A stretch of 17,270 bases of DNA, filler included, from an uncultured virus (IMG/VR IMGVR_UViG_2061766007_002390) (Duplodnaviria > Heunggongvirae > Uroviricota > Caudoviricetes). It is 3 parts of one record of this genome, joined end to end, with 100 filler letters (N's around TTAATTAATTAA, not from the genome) between each part and the next. Parts side by side here need not be neighbours in the genome. Positions count along the whole stretch, not along the records: positions 1 to 320 come from IMGVR_UViG_2061766007_002390; positions 421 to 16,350 come from IMGVR_UViG_2061766007_002390; 1 more part is not named here. One strand, given 5' to 3'. Shown piece by piece: positions 1-8,076 of the stretch. The notes below the pieces were generated by a model, which saw only the letters and a program-made list of their open reading frames with translations, ran no database searches and was not told the DNA's origin. A program made the translations under genes and the position numbers. Within the stretch, counting starts at the first letter, position 1, and the number at the start of each line of letters is the position of its first letter.

Positions 1-320
1 GAAAAGTGGGAGAAAGAAGTCAAGAAGTGGGAAAAAGATGGTAAGGAAGGAAAGAAGCCTACCAAGCCTACATTCATCAAGGGTGATGACAAGGAATATT
101 ACAAGAGGGCATCCAAGAAATTCATGAGTGATCCCGCAAACAAGAGGAAGAGAACTTATGACTTTGTTGACATCAGAATCATTCCTCTCCTCAAGAAAGG
201 TGAACTCTACAAAAAAATTGTTGATAACGAGAAATTCAAAAATATGTTATATAAGGAAGATGAGGAAAACAATGTAAAACTCAACAAGGAAGTTGTTAAA
301 GTTCTCAAACCATTCCTCTT
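1..320 (+). CDS. Partial Lys/Glu-rich hypothetical protein (open at both ends; separate contig)
   Basis: Frame +1 is open from base 1 (EKWEKEVKKWEKDGKEGKKPTKPTFIKG...) through the track ORF at 124 to the N linker. No recognisable motif. Confidence 0.6.
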
Positions 321-420
321 NNNNNNNNNNNNNNNNNNNNNNNNNNNNNNNNNNNNNNNNNNNNTTAATTAATTAANNNNNNNNNNNNNNNNNNNNNNNN
401 NNNNNNNNNNNNNNNNNNNN
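321..420. other. Artificial contig-joining linker (44 N + TTAATTAATTAA + 44 N)
   Basis: The palindromic six-frame-stop 12-mer at 365-376 is centred in an exactly 100-bp spacer; an identical structure is at 16351-16450. Confidence 0.95.
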
Positions 421-522
421 AAAAAGCCTTCTCAACATATATGAATACTTTCTCTTGTCTTCCTTTGATACTGCACCTGAATTTCTATTACAGTAACAAT
501 TCAATACCTCAAACAGTTCCAT
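421..522 (-). CDS. N-terminal fragment of a gene downstream of the exonuclease (weakly like T4 gp62 clamp-loader small subunit)
   Basis: ATG at 522 lies 2 nt after the exonuclease stop (TAAATATG). It reads MELFEVLNCYCNRNSGAVSKEDKRKYSYMLRRLF to the scaffold end and is not in the ORF track. The gp62 resemblance (F..LN....K.Y..YM..R) is weak. Confidence 0.5.
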
Positions 523-524
523 AT

Positions 525-1277
525 TTATCCCTTAATAAAACTCATATCACCATCATCCTTGATTCCCTTCATCACATTACTCCTCATCTGAATACTGGTC
601 TTATAGTCCTTGAACCTTGACTTGGAGAAGATTACTTCCTTTGTAATCTTTGAAAGGATTGCCGGATTCTTTGCATTTTCAATCTCAATATCAGTTCCCA
701 TATTGGTGATGACATCCTCAGGAATACTCTCATCTGTCAATGATACAAGAGAGGTATTGGTCTTTATGTTCTCAAACAACATCCTCCTGGTGAACTCCTC
801 ATCATTTATCTTGGCAACATCATAAATGACATTACACAGAAGTTTGATGGTATCTTCTTGTCCATAGATGTGATAATCAAACTCACAACCTAATTTATCC
901 TTGAACTGATCATATATCTTTTCAACAGTCTTGGGTCCAAGACCCTTTGCCCTGGTTTCCTCTGTTGCTGCCTTGTAATAGACAGGGAATATGTTGTCTG
1001 ATGTATCACCACCGACAATTTTCATAAATCTCACCTTCTCAGGATCAACCACTTCAACATTCACTCCCTCAACAAATCTTTCAAATGGGTCATTCTCAAT
1101 TGAGATTGTAAAGAACTCATTGAAGAGATTCTCCTGGGTAATCTGTCTGTTACTCAACTTCTTTATCTCCTTGTCTGATGTTTCAGATACCCACAATTTG
1201 TTGTTTACAGGACCATACTGAATGATATGTACACCACCCACACACTTCACCAACTGGTTAAGGTCCCTGTCAGTGGA
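525..1277 (-). CDS. 5'-3' exonuclease/flap endonuclease (T4 RNase H/Pol I N-terminal family), C-terminal part, allele A
   Basis: Contains STDRDLNQL, GDTSDNIFPV and the H3TH-like KGLGPKT motif, and has the true C-terminus and TAA stop. Positions 688-1277 are a near-identical inverted copy of 1864-2440. Confidence 0.85.
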   Translation of the reverse strand, partial: STDRDLNQLVKCVGGVHIIQYGPVNNKLWVSETSDKEIKKLSNRQITQENLFNEFFTISIENDPFERFVEGVNVEVVDPEKVRFMKIVGGDTSDNIFPVYYKAATEETRAKGLGPKTVEKIYDQFKDKLGCEFDYHIYGQEDTIKLLCNVIYDVAKINDEEFTRRMLFENIKTNTSLVSLTDESIPEDVITNMGTDIEIENAKNPAILSKITKEVIFSKSRFKDYKTSIQMRSNVMKGIKDDGDMSFIKG

Positions 1278-1288
1278 NNNNNNNNNNC

Positions 1289-1411
1289 AATAACAACAAG
1301 GAGGAACTTAACCAGTTGGATAAGAACATATATGATTATTTTGCTTTGTTTCCTCAACTGATACGGGAACAAAAACCAAATATCAGAGTTTTAACCAATT
1401 ATGTTGACTAA
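1289..1411 (+). CDS. 3' end of a gene upstream of the exonuclease (probably the missing C-terminus of the 3253-start gene)
   Basis: Open frame from the gap: NNNKEELNQLDKNIYDYFALFPQLIREQKPNIRVLTNYVD*. The link to the 3253 gene is inferred by flipping the 1288-2440 block. Confidence 0.5.
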   Translation, partial: NNNKEELNQLDKNIYDYFALFPQLIREQKPNIRVLTNYVD

Positions 1412-1425
1412 TTTTGTTATATTTA
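1412..1425 (+). promoter_or_regulatory. Candidate promoter motif TTTTGTTATATTTA, copy 1
   Basis: An exact copy is at 6724-6737 and a 13/14 copy on the minus strand at 3277-3290; each is intergenic and upstream of a start codon on the same strand. Confidence 0.5.
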
Positions 1426-1431
1426 TATTGT

Positions 1432-2440
1432 ATGAAAAGATTTACATTAATTATAGACGGACATAACTTCTTCTTCAGGAGTCTTTGGTCTACTTTCCGA
1501 CAGGGAGGTAAATCAAAGGTTCTCACTTCACAGAAGGATATGGATACCTTTGAAAAGAAGTTGATGGTTGATTTCTGTTCTGTTATCAAACAGGTGAATC
1601 CAATCATCAATGATGTTGTGTTTATTATGGACAGTCATTCCTGGAGAAAGGATCTTCTTCTTCAGCAGGAGTATAAAGGAAACAGGAAGAAAGTCCAGGA
1701 AGACATAGACAAGAATAATTTCAATAAAGTCATATCCAATTTTGCTGACACATTGAGATCTGTCGGTGTGAAGGTGAGTCAGGTTGAAAGAAGCGAGGGT
1801 GATGATTTGATTTATGCATGGAGTGAATATCTTTTCAATGAAGGTAAGTCAAGTCTTATACTTTCCACTGACAGGGACCTTAACCAGTTGGTGAAGTGTG
1901 TGGGTGGTGTACACATCATCCAGTATGGTCCTGTGAATAACAAGCTTTGGGTATCTGAAACATCAGACAAGGAGATAAAGAAGTTGAGTAACAGACANNN
2001 NNNNNNNNNNNNNNNNNNNNNNNNNNNNNNNNNNNNNNNNNNNNNNNNNNNNNNNNCGAGGGAGTGAATGTTGAAGTGGTTGATCCGGAGAAGGTGAGAT
2101 TTATGAAGATTGTCGGTGGTGATACATCAGACAACATATTCCCTGTCTATTACAAGGCAGCCACAGATGAGACAAGAGCGAAAGGCCTGGGACCCAAGAC
2201 TGTTGAAAAGATATATGACCAGTTCAAGGATAAATTAGGTTGTGAGTTTGACTATCACATCTATGGACAGGAAGACACCATCAAACTCCTGTGTAATGTC
2301 ATTTATGATGTTGCCAAGATAAATGATGAGGAGTTTACCAGGAGAATGTTGTTTGAGAACATAAAGACCAATACATCTCTTGTATCATTAACAGATGAGA
2401 GTATTCCTGAGGATGTCATCACCAATATGGGAACTGATAT
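1432..2440 (+). CDS. 5'-3' exonuclease/flap endonuclease (T4 RNase H-like), N-terminal and middle part, allele B; ~394 aa when merged with allele A
   Basis: ATG at 1432. Motifs IIDGHNFFFR, YKGNR, EGDDLI, STDRDLNQL, GDTSDNI and KGLGPKT form the acidic active site and H3TH set of the FEN/PIN 5'-nuclease family. The frame change across N1998-2056 comes from a mis-sized gap, which allele A fills in frame. Confidence 0.9.
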
Positions 2441-2450
2441 NNNNNNNNNN

Positions 2451-3253
2451 AAACTTTCTGTCAAGATATGAGTTGGGAATCTGACCATTACATATGAATA
2501 TCTTGTTGAGCATATCTATTATTCTCTGTGAAAACATATCAGCAAGATTGAACTCCATCTTATCAACATTATAGATATATCTCTTAATTAACTTCTTCTT
2601 GTCTTTCAACAGGAGAAGTTTATATGTTTTATCTATATCTTCATCATAAGTGAACTTGAAAGTGATGTATTTGAGTTTCTTGAACATCCTCAATGAACTG
2701 ATCATTATATTCATAATATCCTTATTCACATCCAGTTTCAATGAATCCTGATATGCCTGACAACAGATAAAGACATTCAGAGCATCAATTGTCGGAACAT
2801 CCTTCCATACATCATCTTCAGTCTTATACTGGGGAAGCATCAGTTCAAAAGTATTTTCAAGACCAAGAACACAAAAGTCATTCAAAGGACAGAACAGGGT
2901 AATGGTATGTACCTGATTTATCCTTGATAATACATCNNNNNNNNNNTCTTGGTAGTTCTGTATTGTTACTGATGGGAGCATCCCTTGGTATATTTGCATT
3001 GTCTCTTTTAGCATGGAGTAAGGTTGATGCAAAACCGGCAATGAATAATATCAAGATAGCNNNNNNNNNNTGGAACATCCTTCCACACATCATCTCCAGT
3101 CTTATACTGGGGGAGCATCAGTTCAAAAGTATTTTCAAGACCAAGAACACAAAAGTCATTCAAGGGACAGAACAGGGTAATGGTATGTACCTGATTTATC
3201 CTTGATAATACATCATCTCTATCTCCTTTTGTGTAATATTCGTTTTTATCCAT
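2451..3253 (-). CDS. Hypothetical phage protein, split into two overlapping allele fragments (3071-3253 and 2451-2936)
   Basis: MDKNEYYTKGDRDDVLSRINQVHTITLFCP...KT(G/E)DDVWKDVP is present in both pieces; the 2936 piece continues to ...PNSYLDRKF at the gap. Confidence 0.7.
2947..3060 (+). repeat. Misplaced 114-bp allele of the tape-measure gene segment 4951-5064
   Basis: Near-identical to 4951-5064 (LGSSVLLLMGASLGIFALSLLAWSKVDAKPAMNNIKI), with synonymous differences TCT/TCA and TTA/TTG, and flanked by 10-N gaps. Confidence 0.9.
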
Positions 3254-3260
3254 AAATATT
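3251..3260 (+). promoter_or_regulatory. Candidate late-promoter-like CATAAATATT upstream of the gp4-like gene
   Basis: An identical 10-mer is at 3819-3828 upstream of the tape-measure gene. It is one mismatch from the T4 late promoter TATAAATA. Confidence 0.35.
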
Positions 3261-3276
3261 TAATAATTATCTTTTG

Positions 3277-3290
3277 TAAAAATAACAAAA
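3277..3290 (-). promoter_or_regulatory. Candidate promoter motif TTTTGTTATTTTTA, copy 2 (13/14)
   Basis: Ends 23 nt upstream of the minus-strand ATG at 3253, a spacing similar to the 6724-6737 copy (22 nt). Confidence 0.45.
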
Positions 3291-3291
3291 T

Positions 3292-3783
3292 ATGACAGGA
3301 ATCAAAGACCTGAAACCCAGAAGAGGCGGACAATTCAAACAAGGTTATTATGAACCAGTCTATCCTCAAAAGTACAAGACCAATACAAAGCAGATTATTT
3401 ATAGGTCTTCATGGGAGTTTAAACTATGTAAATGGTTTGATCTCACACCAGAAGTATTGGAATGGGCATCAGAACCTGTATCAATAAAGTACTTCTTTAC
3501 CCTGGACAATAAAATGCACACTTATTATCCGGATTTCTATTTTGCCTTTCAGAAACCTGATGGTAAAATAGTGAAGTATATAGTTGAGGTAAAACCAACA
3601 GCACAACTTCAGAAACCTGAAGAACCTAAAAGAAAAACAGTCAATGCTGTAAAGAATTACAATTACTTGATGGAAGCATACATCAAGAATACTTGTAAGA
3701 GGCAATATGCAAAGAAATGGTGTTCTGAAAATGGTTATGTCTTTGTTTATGTCACAGAGAAGTCCAACTTGAATTTTTTATAA
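3292..3783 (+). CDS. T4 gp4-like head completion nuclease (TnsA-N-like PD-(D/E)XK fold)
   Basis: Has the characteristic gp4 pattern KQGYY.P..PQKY...IIYRSSWE...W.SE...Y...HTYYPDF...IVEVKP..Q..P and a C-terminal AKKWC..NG..F..VTE. Confidence 0.9.
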   Translation: MTGIKDLKPRRGGQFKQGYYEPVYPQKYKTNTKQIIYRSSWEFKLCKWFDLTPEVLEWASEPVSIKYFFTLDNKMHTYYPDFYFAFQKPDGKIVKYIVEVKPTAQLQKPEEPKRKTVNAVKNYNYLMEAYIKNTCKRQYAKKWCSENGYVFVYVTEKSNLNFL

Positions 3784-3818
3784 CTATTATTCTTATAATA
3801 TACAAACGGGCCATTTCT

Positions 3819-3828
3819 CATAAATATT
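3819..3828 (+). promoter_or_regulatory. Candidate late-promoter-like CATAAATATT upstream of the tape-measure-like gene
   Basis: Identical to 3251-3260 and located in the short intergenic gap before the ORF. Confidence 0.35.
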
Positions 3829-3850
3829 ATACATAAGATAATTGTCTTTA

Positions 3851-6721
3851 ATGCCAGCAGATAAGAGTTTAAAGGATCTGTCTAATGCAGTCTATAGGAT
3901 TGCAGAGAATTCACCAAAGATTCAGAAGGATGTCAAGGATATCAGGGATGCTGTATGTGGTACAGAAGGTATCCTTGAGTCTTTACATACCATTGGTGAA
4001 AAGATTGATGGATCCCAGAAAAAAGATGTTCTGTCAAGGACATCAGGTAGGAGGACAGATCCTGGCCTGAACACAAAGAAAATCCTCAGAAGTACAAATT
4101 CAATTACCACCCTCCTTAAGAAAATACTTGGTAGTGTTGATTCCATTTCATCAAAAGGTGGAAGAAACAGGAGATTACATGCAGAGAATTTCAGAAGGGA
4201 TGATGATAGAAGAATCAGGAATGTAAAAAGTCTTGAATCATTGTCAAAGTCTGTAGAAATTATAGAAAGACTCAAGAATATCAAACTCAAGGATTTCATC
4301 TTTGCAAAGAAAAAGATGAAAAATTTAGGTAAGATAATGGGAAGAGCCTTGTCTATATTCAGGAACTTCAAAAATCAAAAGGAGGTTGATGGTACAGTTG
4401 GGTTGGTTAACTCATCAATAGAGATAATGAATAAACTCAAAAAGGTATGGTTGATATCCAAACCAGCGCAGTGGGGTGAAAAGGCAATTGAAAAGGTATT
4501 ACTTGGAGGTAAAAAGAATCCAAATGGAGGTCTTCTTGGAATATTCAGGAAACTCAGTAAAAATGAAAGACACATAAAGAAAGGTAAGAAATCAATTAAT
4601 GATATTCTCAAATCATGTGGATCATTCCTGTTGACATCTATGATTCTTGTTGGTATTGCCGCTGTTTCAGTACCTGCTATGTTGGGAGCTCTTCTTATGA
4701 AGGGTGTTGTATGGTTACTTGTAGGAACATATAAATTCCTCAGTAAGTCTGCCAAATCTGTAACAAAGGGTTCTATTGTATTGCTGTTGATGAGTTCAAG
4801 TGTAATCACATTTGCTCTTGGACTTGGAGTTATGGCAATAGCAACAAAACATATGAGTTGGAAACAATTTGGAATGATGATGGCAAGTATTGGTGCCCTT
4901 GGTGCAACAATGGCAGTACTTGGTATTCCTGTTGTTGCTGCCCTTGCTGCCCTTGGTAGTTCAGTATTGTTACTGATGGGAGCATCCCTTGGTATATTTG
5001 CATTGTCTCTTTTGGCATGGAGTAAGGTTGATGCAAAACCGGCAATGAATAATATCAAGATAGCAGTCAATGGATTGAAGGAAGTATTTGGTCTTGATTC
5101 AAATAAAAATGAAGGTGAAAAGAAACCATTTCTCAAAAAACTTGCCGGAGGAGTTATGGATATTGCTATGGCAGTTCTTAACTTTGGTAAGATGTTCTTT
5201 ACAATGGGAACATTACTTCTTACTGGTGCTGCATTAGGATTGTTGTATAAAGGTATAAAACCTTGGTCAAATTTTGATGGAAGAAAGGCTGCTGGAAATA
5301 TCAGAACTGCCATCAATGCTTTGAAAGATGTATTTGGTCTTAATGAAGTAAAGGGAGATAATTCTGGTAAATTAAAAGGACTGGGTGGAGGTCTTCTTGA
5401 TCTGGGTATTTCAATATTACAGGGTGGAAAAGCATTTGTACAACTGGGTACAATTGTTATTGCAACAGCAATGATGGATATTGTAAGACTCACTATGATT
5501 CCCTGGATAAAAGATTTTGATTCCAAGAAAGCTGCAACAAATATGAAGACTGCCATTGATGCATTGAAAGATACCTTTGGTCTTAATGACAGGAATGGTC
5601 AGAGTATTGAAGCAAAAGCAAAGGGTGGATTGAGTGATTTGATAGGTCTTGCATCTTCAATATTCCAGATGGGTTCAACATTTGCCAGGATGGGTACTCT
5701 TGTGTTTGCAACAGCAATGATGGATGTTATAAGACTCACATTGATTCCTTGGAATAATTATGATCCAACACCCGCCATTGGTAATATGGAAATTGCTGTA
5801 AAGGGATTGTCTGAATGTTTTGGATTGAGAGAAAACAACCAGAGTGTAAAGGATAGTATTCTTGGTTCTATTTCAGATTTGTTTTCACTTGGTTCAGGTC
5901 TTCTTAAGATGGGTGACACATTTGTCAGGATGGGTACACTCCTTATTGCTACTGGAGCAATGAATAAGATTAAGGACAATCTTATGGTTTGGGAAAGTTA
6001 TAAACCTACCAATGCTATAACAAATATCAGAACCACTGTTGACAGTCTTCTTGATGTATTTGGTCTTACAGGAATTCAAAGAATGGAAGATGAGATTGAT
6101 AATGATACTTCCGGTAGATTTGGAAAGGTACTTGGAAAGATTGGTAATGCCCTTGCTAAACCATTTGAATTAGCAACCTCTTTAGCTGATACGGCTGTAG
6201 CTGCTGCTGAAGGAGGAAAGTCAATGTTGAAGATGTCAAGTATCCTTAATGTTACATCCACAATGGCAACCATAAAGGGTACACTTGAATCATGGGAAAC
6301 ATTTAATCCATCAAAGTCATTGGAACCTTTTAACAAGAGTATCCGTAGTGTTAATACATTGGATATTGAAAAGGCATCAATAATGATTGACCTCTTCAAG
6401 TCATTCACCAATATTAAGCAGAAACCATTTGACAAGTTTACAATGTCTGTAAATAAGTTCTCAGAATCTTGTGCTGAACTCATTGAAGCTCTTAACAACT
6501 TCAATGGTAGTAATATCAATAGTGTAGAAATCACAGATAAAAATAATGATACTGTTATTACAAGAACTGAAAATGTCAATATCAATAATCCAGAATCTTT
6601 GGCCCAGGCAATCGCAAAAGCAATCAAATCACTGCCTGTCAATGTTGAGACTAATATGTCTGATATCAGGTTGGTTGTTGATGGTGTATCAGGTAAAAAG
6701 GTTGTACTTTCATTAGAATAA
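3851..6721 (+). CDS. Tape-measure-like tail protein (~956 aa)
   Basis: Long Ala/Gly/Leu-rich helical protein with a basic N-terminal third, a hydrophobic stretch (about aa 260-395), then five ~81-aa repeats. It is adjacent to tail-chaperone-like genes. ATG at 3851 is preferred over TTG at 3842. Confidence 0.7.
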   Translation: MPADKSLKDLSNAVYRIAENSPKIQKDVKDIRDAVCGTEGILESLHTIGEKIDGSQKKDVLSRTSGRRTDPGLNTKKILRSTNSITTLLKKILGSVDSISSKGGRNRRLHAENFRRDDDRRIRNVKSLESLSKSVEIIERLKNIKLKDFIFAKKKMKNLGKIMGRALSIFRNFKNQKEVDGTVGLVNSSIEIMNKLKKVWLISKPAQWGEKAIEKVLLGGKKNPNGGLLGIFRKLSKNERHIKKGKKSINDILKSCGSFLLTSMILVGIAAVSVPAMLGALLMKGVVWLLVGTYKFLSKSAKSVTKGSIVLLLMSSSVITFALGLGVMAIATKHMSWKQFGMMMASIGALGATMAVLGIPVVAALAALGSSVLLLMGASLGIFALSLLAWSKVDAKPAMNNIKIAVNGLKEVFGLDSNKNEGEKKPFLKKLAGGVMDIAMAVLNFGKMFFTMGTLLLTGAALGLLYKGIKPWSNFDGRKAAGNIRTAINALKDVFGLNEVKGDNSGKLKGLGGGLLDLGISILQGGKAFVQLGTIVIATAMMDIVRLTMIPWIKDFDSKKAATNMKTAIDALKDTFGLNDRNGQSIEAKAKGGLSDLIGLASSIFQMGSTFARMGTLVFATAMMDVIRLTLIPWNNYDPTPAIGNMEIAVKGLSECFGLRENNQSVKDSILGSISDLFSLGSGLLKMGDTFVRMGTLLIATGAMNKIKDNLMVWESYKPTNAITNIRTTVDSLLDVFGLTGIQRMEDEIDNDTSGRFGKVLGKIGNALAKPFELATSLADTAVAAAEGGKSMLKMSSILNVTSTMATIKGTLESWETFNPSKSLEPFNKSIRSVNTLDIEKASIMIDLFKSFTNIKQKPFDKFTMSVNKFSESCAELIEALNNFNGSNINSVEITDKNNDTVITRTENVNINNPESLAQAIAKAIKSLPVNVETNMSDIRLVVDGVSGKKVVLSLE
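5030..6310 (+). repeat. Five degenerate ~80-82-aa tandem protein repeats in the tape-measure-like gene
   Basis: The F of the FGL motif starts at 5087, 5333, 5576, 5819 and 6059 (spacings 246, 243, 243, 240 nt). Consensus is A..N...A...L...FGL...G..F..MGTL..AT..M..I...L.PW..(F/Y)D. Confidence 0.85.
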
Positions 6722-6723
6722 TT

Positions 6724-6737
6724 TTTTGTTATATTTA
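6724..6737 (+). promoter_or_regulatory. Candidate promoter motif TTTTGTTATATTTA, copy 3
   Basis: Exact match to 1412-1425, ending 22 nt before the ATG at 6760. Confidence 0.5.
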
Positions 6738-6759
6738 GTTTATACTATATTTTATAATT

Positions 6760-7743
6760 ATGGGTAAAGAAAAAGACAATTATGAAGAGCAGGTCCGCAA
6801 AGAATTTGAAACTACTCAGGGACAATCAGAAGAAACCAATGTAGTAAAGGATCTTGGTAGGGTTCAACTCAATAAGGATATAGATGATTCAGACCTTGAT
6901 AGAATCAAGAGTTCTATGGATTATGTAAATATTCCTCTTGATACTCTTCCAAGTGGTGGTAGATTCTATCCGGAAGGAACACGAATTCTCATTCGTGCTG
7001 CAAGAGTTGGTGAAATCAGAGAGTTCTCAATAATCAATGAGGAAGATCCAAAGGACATCAGGGATAAGATGACCTACATTGTTTCACAGTGTACAAAGGT
7101 TTATTATGGAAATACCCCTGGTCATTACAAGGATATTCTTGAAGATGACAGGATTGTTCTTGTATTCAAGATAAGGGAACTTACCTTTACAGATGCAAGA
7201 CAGAGTATAAAGATTCCAGTACCTGAAGGTTCATGCCAGACTCCAGGATGTCATCCACAGGAGACTGTTGACTTTGATTCAAGTAAACTTGAGTTCCTAC
7301 AACCAAGTGAGAAACTTGAAAAGTACTATGACCCGGTTGAAAGATGTTACAACATTCAGACTAAGAGTTTTGGTACAATCAAATTATATCCTCCTACAAT
7401 TGGTGTGACATCAGTTATTGCTGACTGGATAAGGGAACAACAGAGAGAAGATAAAAAAATTGATGCAGCCCTTGCAGATATTCTCCCTTATATTATTAAG
7501 GATTGGAGGACATTCTCATCAAAGCAGGTATTCTCAAAGATTACTGAGATGGCAGGATGGCCAACAGAGAAGTTTGCATTGGTTCTCAGACTCAAGGATG
7601 AAATCACTGTTGGAATTGAGTTTGAAATAAAAGAAAGATGTGCTCAGTGCGGAGGTGAGTTGACTATTCCAGTTTCCTTTCCCGAAGGATTCAGATCCTT
7701 ATTTGTTCCGACAATTTCTGATCTCGGAGACGAACTTCTATGA
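6760..7743 (+). CDS. T4 gp26-like baseplate hub/tail assembly chaperone with Cys pairs
   Basis: LPSGGRFY...I.IR....E and DI...DR..L...IR..T motifs, Cys pairs CQTPGC and CAQC, and a C-terminal F.EGFRSLF; follows the tape-measure gene. Confidence 0.7.
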   Translation: MGKEKDNYEEQVRKEFETTQGQSEETNVVKDLGRVQLNKDIDDSDLDRIKSSMDYVNIPLDTLPSGGRFYPEGTRILIRAARVGEIREFSIINEEDPKDIRDKMTYIVSQCTKVYYGNTPGHYKDILEDDRIVLVFKIRELTFTDARQSIKIPVPEGSCQTPGCHPQETVDFDSSKLEFLQPSEKLEKYYDPVERCYNIQTKSFGTIKLYPPTIGVTSVIADWIREQQREDKKIDAALADILPYIIKDWRTFSSKQVFSKITEMAGWPTEKFALVLRLKDEITVGIEFEIKERCAQCGGELTIPVSFPEGFRSLFVPTISDLGDELL

Positions 7744-7990
7744 TAACATTGTCATCGCTATGGAAAAACTCCATATGCAGTGGGATGTTATAATGAGTTT
7801 GAATTTCTATGATTTCCAGAATATCCTTGACAGTTATACAAGGATACTTGAACAGAGAAAGGAAGAAGAGGAAGCAGAGATGAAGAAACAGGGTTATGAT
7901 GAAAAGAATATGAACCCTCAAAATATAATGAGTCAGGCAAAAAAGAATATGCCAAAACCTCCGGTCATCCAAACTCCTAAATTTAAATAA
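7703..7990 (+). CDS. Small gp51-like baseplate assembly ORF, possibly translated as a +1 frameshift extension of the upstream gene
   Basis: ISETNFYDNIVIAMEKLHMQWDVIMSLNFYDFQNILDSY...EEEE follows the pattern of the small ORF found after gp26 in T4-like phages (S.ENYY..NF.LM......EI..M..WE). The frame is open from 7664; the first ATG is at 7760. Confidence 0.6.
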   Translation: MFRQFLISETNFYDNIVIAMEKLHMQWDVIMSLNFYDFQNILDSYTRILEQRKEEEEAEMKKQGYDEKNMNPQNIMSQAKKNMPKPPVIQTPKFK

Positions 7991-8005
7991 CTGATCTGAT
8001 GGTAG

Positions 8006-8057
8006 AAACAATTTCGGGGTCCGCAAGACATAAGATTCTTTGGGGACCCCGTTGTTT
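8006..8057. terminator. GC-rich stem-loop between convergent operons (probable bidirectional terminator)
   Basis: AAACAA(8006-8011)/TTGTTT(8052-8057), CGGGGTCC(8015-8022)/GGACCCCG(8044-8051) and AAGA(8025-8028)/TCTT(8037-8040) pair up, between the stops at 7990 (+) and 8077 (-). Confidence 0.7.
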
Positions 8058-8076
8058 TATATGGTAAGTTCAGATG

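Noticed and set aside
365..376. Perfect palindrome TTAATTAATTAA (also 16395-16406) as a biological site
   Set aside because: It is centred in exactly 100-bp N spacers and stops all six frames, so it is an artificial linker.
1998..2067. Frameshifted pseudogene of the exonuclease (also apparent breaks at 9477, 9884, 13219, 15511)
   Set aside because: Frame changes occur only across N gaps of estimated length; the other allele is continuous.
688..2440. Large inverted repeat, duplicated exonuclease or invertible segment
   Set aside because: The breakpoints coincide with 10-N gaps, the differences are nearly all synonymous, and no recombinase or crossover site is visible. Misoriented strain alleles explain it.
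3292..3783. Tn7 TnsA transposase or mobile element
   Set aside because: The fold is shared, but the IIYRSSWE/YYPDF/EVKP pattern and virion-gene context fit T4 gp4; there is no TnsB/TnsC and no transposon end.
4375..6642. Long antisense ORFs (393 aa, 188 aa) opposite the tape-measure gene, and similar shadows elsewhere
   Set aside because: They mirror the sense-strand codon phase, have no recognisable motifs, and are expected from low use of TTA/CTA/TCA codons.
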